From positions 1-42,997 of the forward strand of contig CAYQXI010000025.1 in the NCBI GenBank assembly GCA_964421575.1: a DNA stretch of 42,997 bases, in the 5' to 3' direction. Positions 41,839 to 42,997 of this stretch are shown here, piece after piece (position 1 is the first letter of the stretch; every line of letters starts with the position of its first letter). This stretch comes from an uncultured Nitrosopumilales archaeon. GTDB lineage: Archaea; Thermoproteota; Nitrososphaeria; Nitrososphaerales; JAAOZN01. The notes under the pieces were generated by a model that searched no databases, was not told where the DNA came from, and saw nothing but the letters and a program-made list of their open reading frames with translations. The position numbers and the translations under genes were made by a program.

Positions 41839-42039
41839 CTAAGCTTCTTCAGTTTTTTGCTGAGGACCTTTGTTTCGATTCATTAATCGCGTTATGTAGC
41901 CTGCGATCTCGTTTCTCAGCTCCTTAGATCGGATAATGGCTACTCGTGATAAAACTTCTTTGTTCTTTTCAAAGTCTGTAGTAAATAGGTTACCGTACTT
42001 CTCAAGCAATAGCAAAGAGAGCCTTCTGACCCTGTCCAA
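41839..42039 (-). CDS. rps17e: 30S ribosomal protein S17e
   Basis: (TTG)DRVRRLSLLLLEKYGNLFTTDFEKNKEVL matches the S17e N-terminal pattern. AAGAGGT lies 12 nt upstream. Confidence 0.85.
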   Translation of the reverse strand: MDRVRRLSLLLLEKYGNLFTTDFEKNKEVLSRVAIIRSKELRNEIAGYITRLMNRNKGPQQKTEEA

Positions 42040-42113
42040 TCTGACTTACAACCTCTTTTAACGCGGTATAATAAACTTTTAATTATTTAACCTTACCCTA
42101 ATAAACTATTGAT

Positions 42114-42290
42114 ATGAGCAGAGTTGTAATAAAGGCGCGTGAAAACGGACCCTATCTGATTGAAGTGGATGGTAAGGCAGTTACTGCGCTCTGCCGATGC
42201 GGTGCTTCCGGCAAAAAACCAAACTGTGATGGCACCCATAGGAAAGTTGGGTTCACAGCACCAGCAGCTGAAGTTAAGGTTACTGAGTAG
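42114..42290 (+). CDS. CDGSH-type iron-sulfur domain protein (58 aa; below the ORF-track size cutoff)
   Basis: MSRVVIKARENGPYLIEVDGKAVTALCRCGASGKKPNCDGTHRKVGF contains the C-x-C-x2-S-x5-CDG(S/T)H pattern. Confidence 0.75.
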   Translation: MSRVVIKARENGPYLIEVDGKAVTALCRCGASGKKPNCDGTHRKVGFTAPAAEVKVTE

Positions 42291-42360
42291 CAAGAATCCC
42301 CTTCGGAAAAGAGTCGAAGCTAATAAAACGTAAATAATAAAGTGTTGTGATGGTATAAGG

Positions 42361-42997
42361 TTGCCCTTGGCTGAAAAAGATAAGGAAGAACTACGAAGAA
42401 AGTTCTCTGCAGACCCAGATAGGTACTATAAGGTTGAGCTCTTTACCAGAGAGGGGTTTAGTAGGAGAAGGTGCAGAGGCTGTGGAAGGTACTTCTGGAC
42501 ATTAGGTGATAGAGAGTTCTGCCCAGAGTATCCGTGCAGCACCTACACCTTCTTGGGCGACCCGCCGACAAAGCGTCGGATAGGGTATGTTGAAGCGTGG
42601 AAGCTGATCGAATCATTTTTCGTTGAGCGTGGACATGCGAGCATAAAGCGATACCCTGTTGTCTGCCGGTGGAGACCAGATCTATACTTCACAGTAGCCT
42701 CAATAGTGAACTTTCAGAGGGTTGAGGGGGGTAGGGTAGTATTTGAGCTCCCCGCTAACCCGCTCATTGTGCCGCAGATATGTCTAAGGTTTAATGATAT
42801 ACCGAGTGTGGGGGTCACCGGTAGGCACTACACCTCATTCTGCATGATAGGTCAACACAGCATAGCAGATGGGCAAGGATATTGGAAGGATAAGTGCATA
42901 GACCTTGACTTCGAGCTCTTAGTCAGAGTATTTGGAATACCTAAAGAAGAGGTCGTATTTGTGGAGGATGTTTGGTTAGGGTACGGAGCCTTCGGCT
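42361..42997 (+). CDS. alaS: alanyl-tRNA synthetase, N-terminal ~212 codons; continues past the window end
   Basis: The open frame runs to base 42997: FSRRRCRGCGRYFWTLGDREFCPEYPCSTYTFLGDPP...RWRPDLYFTVASI...ICLRFNDI..VG.TGRHYTSFCMIGQH, the archaeal AlaRS N-terminal pattern. TTG start at 42361 or 42367. Confidence 0.9.
   Translation, partial: MPLAEKDKEELRRKFSADPDRYYKVELFTREGFSRRRCRGCGRYFWTLGDREFCPEYPCSTYTFLGDPPTKRRIGYVEAWKLIESFFVERGHASIKRYPVVCRWRPDLYFTVASIVNFQRVEGGRVVFELPANPLIVPQICLRFNDIPSVGVTGRHYTSFCMIGQHSIADGQGYWKDKCIDLDFELLVRVFGIPKEEVVFVEDVWLGYGAFG

Noticed and set aside
1-42997. CRISPR arrays, rRNA genes, transposases, integrases and long tandem or inverted repeats
   Set aside because: I saw no regularly spaced direct repeats, no rRNA-like sequence and no recognisable transposase or integrase motifs anywhere in the window.

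Overview
This is an archaeal chromosomal segment, gene-dense and mostly housekeeping. Archaeal markers are DGGGP synthase, RFC large subunit, the FBP aldolase/phosphatase, Cgi121, S17e, tRNA-splicing endonuclease and an archaeal-type ATP DNA ligase. Many starts have Shine-Dalgarno-like GGAGG/GAGGT motifs. The combination of intron-rich tRNAs with tetrahydromethanopterin (H4MPT) genes suggests a TACK/Thermoproteota-like lineage; that placement is inference only.

Gene content, in order:
- partial V-type pyrophosphatase (hppA)
- a Tat-signal nitroreductase pair
- DNA ligase and an HTH regulator
- tRNA-Ser, followed by a frameshifted vapBC module and a bacterial-type GH13 glgB
- an aspS-gatC-gatA-gatB operon
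- a nucleotide-sugar operon: UDP-sugar-dehydrogenase-like, Gfo/Idh/MocA, an unlisted Trm112-like ORF and an LbH acetyltransferase, divergent from a DUF354 gene
- tRNA-Gln and tRNA-Arg
- mtnA, then endA, DGGGP synthase and rfcL
- an oxyanion cluster: tupABC, orphan pstS, arsC and a ModE-like regulator
- a DGQHR/ParB-like protein and a divergent pair of paralogous small membrane proteins
- an H4MPT cluster: DUF3786, MJ0107-like DHPS, nitroreductase, DUF447, mptG and mtd
- tRNA-Leu, fbp, tsaC/sua5, cgi121 and a MoaD/SAMP-like gene
- rps17e, an unlisted CDGSH protein, and the 5' end of alaS

I saw no rRNA, CRISPR array, transposase or integrase.

The most unusual signals are:
- Four of the five tRNA genes carry insertions. 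Gln and Leu each need two introns, and one tRNA has an anticodon I could not resolve.
- Homopolymer-linked frame breaks recur in small genes.
- An unlisted 33-codon hyper-acidic ORF has good expression signals.
- Several uncharacterised genes are embedded in the H4MPT cluster.

All protein assignments come from motif recognition by eye. No searches were run.
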